From Lentisphaerae bacterium RIFOXYA12_64_32 (GTDB lineage Bacteria; Verrucomicrobiota; Lentisphaeria; Oligosphaerales; YB12-FULL-65-16), in assembly GCA_001803235.1 (NCBI GenBank), contig MHBL01000458.1:23972-87971 (forward strand): 64,000 bases of DNA, read 5' to 3'. Shown piece by piece: positions 61,923 through 64,000 of this stretch (position 1 is its first letter; every line of letters begins with the position of its first letter). The notes beneath the pieces are model-generated. The model was given only the letters and a program-made list of their open reading frames with translations. It ran no database searches and had not been told where the DNA came from. Made by a program: the position numbers and the translations under genes.

Positions 61923-63248
61923 ATGGCACGACGCAAGCCACGCCGAACGAAGGGGACCGGAGTCATATACCTGCGGGCCGACACCGGGAAATGGTACTAT
62001 CAGCGAACCGAGGTAGGCGCGGACGGCACGCGGCACAAGGTGACCAAGACGCTCGCCGCTACGTCTCGGGAAGCTGCCAACAAAGAAGCGCAAAGCATGG
62101 CCGACGGCGCGCGCGCCCCGGACAAAGCCGGCTTACTGCTGGCAATTGACCGTCTCCGTCGGGATGCACGTCCGTTGCCGTTGGCGGCAATATGGGACGG
62201 GTTTCTCCAAACCGGCCCGACGGCCAGCGCCGGCACACGCCGCAACTATGCATACACGGTAACAGAGTTCATCTCATGGGCGAAGGGCCAGGGCTTCTCC
62301 ACGGCCGGCGAAGTGACCTTTGATCATGCAAAGACCTACCTTGACACGCTGTGGGCAACGGGCATTTCCGCAAGCACGTTCAACTACCGACGTAGTGCGC
62401 TCTCATTAGTCTGGTCGAAACTGGCCGACAGCTACGGCCTGGACGCGGTGTGGTCAAGTACACAACGGAAGGCAGACAAATATTTACAGGGACGCCGGCC
62501 GCTTTCGGCAAGACAGGCCGCCGTGCTCTTGGAGTCGGTTGAGTCCGATCCGCGGCTTGAACCACGCAACCAATGGCGCGCGCTCGTGACGCTGCAACTC
62601 TACGCCGGCTTGAGGCTGAAAGACGCGGTATTGCTTGAGTGGCGCGCAATCGATGCGGAGAGCAACGTTATCCGGTACATGCCCATCAAGACAAAGGCCA
62701 GAGGCAAGACCGCCATCGTGCCAATTCTGCCGCCTGTTCAGAGCGCACTGGACAAGCTGCCTCGGTCCGGGCCGCGCGTCTTGCCCGAACTGGCCTTGGT
62801 GTATGAGCGCGCGGGCCGGCGCGATGAGCCGCTTCAACCGGGCGAGGGTCCACGCGGCGTGAAGACGATAGACAAAGTGCTCGTTGGCATCATTCAGTTG
62901 GCGACAGGCGGGGACGGCAAACCGACCGACACCAATATCCCACAACGCAAGATTACCCGCTCGCCATTTGGCGCGCATAGCCTGCGGCATGTGTTCTGCA
63001 CTCAAGCCGTGCGGGCTGGCGCTACGGCGCCGCAACTCGCCGCCATGACCGGGGATTCTGCCGCGACAGCCTGCAAGTTCTACGTTGACGCCGAACTGAT
63101 CCGGGCTGCGCCGCTGCCCGAGTTCCGCCGCCTGCTGCCGGGCCATGCCGACACCGCCACGGACCCGGAGCGCGCGCAACTGCACCGGCTGGCCGATGCC
63201 CTGCCGCTGGAGCGCGTGCGGGCACTGCTCAAGAGTTTGGAGGCGTGA
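61923..63248 (+). CDS. tyrosine-type site-specific recombinase/integrase
   Basis: It has an SAM-like core-binding N-domain. The catalytic domain carries LYAGLRLKDAVLL (Arg I), HSLRHVFCTQAVRAG (H-x-x-R) and a downstream Tyr (KFYVD). Confidence 0.85.
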   Translation: MARRKPRRTKGTGVIYLRADTGKWYYQRTEVGADGTRHKVTKTLAATSREAANKEAQSMADGARAPDKAGLLLAIDRLRRDARPLPLAAIWDGFLQTGPTASAGTRRNYAYTVTEFISWAKGQGFSTAGEVTFDHAKTYLDTLWATGISASTFNYRRSALSLVWSKLADSYGLDAVWSSTQRKADKYLQGRRPLSARQAAVLLESVESDPRLEPRNQWRALVTLQLYAGLRLKDAVLLEWRAIDAESNVIRYMPIKTKARGKTAIVPILPPVQSALDKLPRSGPRVLPELALVYERAGRRDEPLQPGEGPRGVKTIDKVLVGIIQLATGGDGKPTDTNIPQRKITRSPFGAHSLRHVFCTQAVRAGATAPQLAAMTGDSAATACKFYVDAELIRAAPLPEFRRLLPGHADTATDPERAQLHRLADALPLERVRALLKSLEA

Positions 63249-63252
63249 ACCA

Positions 63253-63858
63253 ATGAAGACCACGAAGACCAGACCCAATGTCTGGATGCGTCGAGACTAC
63301 TTGGCGTTGTACTTCAAGGGCAGTTACCTATTCGACCTGGATACATTGAAGCCGGACGCGGCGCGTGAACCCCTGGCGCATTTCCTGGGCCGGCTTCGCG
63401 CTGATGTTCAGCGCATGGCTGAGGCATGGCACCCTGATAGCCCGAAGTTTGCCCCCGCCACGGTCGAGCAGGTTCATACCATGGCGAACGCCCTGACGGC
63501 GGCCGTTGACCGCCTGGCCGACGCGGAGACTCACGGCGTAGGGGTCGTCAACGAAGCACTGCAACTCGGGATGATAGTGGAGCGGTTCTTTTTCGCCTGT
63601 GCGGTGTCCGATATGGCGCTGTATGAAGCAAATCGGCTCGATGGCAAAAGCTTGGTAGAGCGCGACGCCGATATCTACGGCAAGCGGCTTCTCGAACTGG
63701 ACGCCAGACACCGGACGCAATTTCCGGACTGGACGCCGGTTCAGATCGCGCGCCGGTCGAACGACGTGTTCCGGCGCGAAAATCGCGACCTACCCAAGGG
63801 CAAGCTGCTGCCCCGAGTGCTGGCCCGATATCGGAAACAGTACCTCGCCCGCGCCTGA
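63253..63858 (+). CDS. hypothetical protein (mobile-element-associated by position)
   Basis: This lies in the 63145..63858 ORF. ATG 63253 is 4 nt after the integrase stop and gives MKTTKTRPNVWMRRDYLALYF... It has ordinary amino-acid composition and no motif I recognise. Confidence 0.55.
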   Translation: MKTTKTRPNVWMRRDYLALYFKGSYLFDLDTLKPDAAREPLAHFLGRLRADVQRMAEAWHPDSPKFAPATVEQVHTMANALTAAVDRLADAETHGVGVVNEALQLGMIVERFFFACAVSDMALYEANRLDGKSLVERDADIYGKRLLELDARHRTQFPDWTPVQIARRSNDVFRRENRDLPKGKLLPRVLARYRKQYLARA

Positions 63859-63904
63859 GTCCCACCCCGCCCGCCCGTCTCCGCGCTGTGCTCACCTGCC
63901 CGAA

Positions 63905-63928
63905 GTACACACTTCTAGAACTGTGTAC
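63905..63928. promoter_or_regulatory. 24-bp near-perfect palindrome GTACACACTTCTAGAACTGTGTAC (candidate operator)
   Basis: 22 of 24 positions are symmetric. It lies 47 nt after the hypothetical gene stop, inside the putative integrated element. CTAGAA recurs at about 63973. Confidence 0.4.
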
Positions 63929-64000
63929 ATAACTCACTGGCGCGCAATGGGTTGTGCGTGGTATGGTATGTCCTAGAAGGCCCGCAGTGGGTCAAAAACT

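Noticed and set aside
1-64000. CRISPR array
   Set aside because: The recurrent sequences (families A-D, heptamers) are dispersed or immediately tandem. They are not 25-40 bp repeats regularly interspaced with unique spacers, and no cas genes are present.

Overview
This is a high-GC bacterial chromosomal segment. I saw no rRNA, tRNA or CRISPR array, and about 45 protein genes can be supported. All calls come from reading the supplied translations and the DNA by eye; no searches were run.

The gene content resembles PVC-group or Planctomycetota-like genomes, but that is an impression only. It rests on two 'prepilin N-terminus + H-X9-DG' pseudopilin-like proteins, AraC/LacI-controlled CAZyme genes with LamG, F5/8-C and beta-helix modules, a membrane Ser/Thr kinase, an FGE-domain protein, an LRR protein and LptF/G.

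Layout:
- 1-4.9 kb: membrane proteins, a divergent ZIP / UPF0016-ferritin-like metal transporter pair, and a sugar isomerase.
- 5.3-14.7 kb: secreted LamG/FN3 protein, a 1,626-aa GH42-like giant and a beta-helix/LamG protein.
- 15-17 kb: nupC-type nucleoside transporter and a ParE/Phd toxin-antitoxin pair.
- 17.4-25.7 kb: AraC, pseudopilin-like protein, 1,380-aa heparinase II/III-like lyase, aminotransferase and amidohydrolase.
- 26-28.3 kb: an MscS/MscK-type channel in a visibly lower-GC patch.
- 28.5-32.5 kb: Fe-S flavoprotein, amidohydrolase-like, URO-D-like and AraC module.
- 32.8-44.9 kb: minus-strand glycan-utilisation locus (alpha-galactosidase-like, two large GH-like paralogs, LamG protein, esterase, LacI).
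- 45-53 kb: second Fe-S flavoprotein, FGE-domain protein, LptF/G, GYF-RDD, a lysine-less GcvH-like protein, pyrF and queC.
- 53-61.6 kb: signalling neighbourhood (kinase coupled to a pseudopilin-like gene, Trm112, DUF4159, LRR, FHA-cyclase).
- 61.9 kb to the end: tyrosine integrase and the start of a probable integrated element.

No single obvious 'new system' stands out. The most checkable unusual signals are several families of structured intergenic repeats, two of them with target-site-duplication-like flanks, together with several atypical domain architectures and gene couplings.
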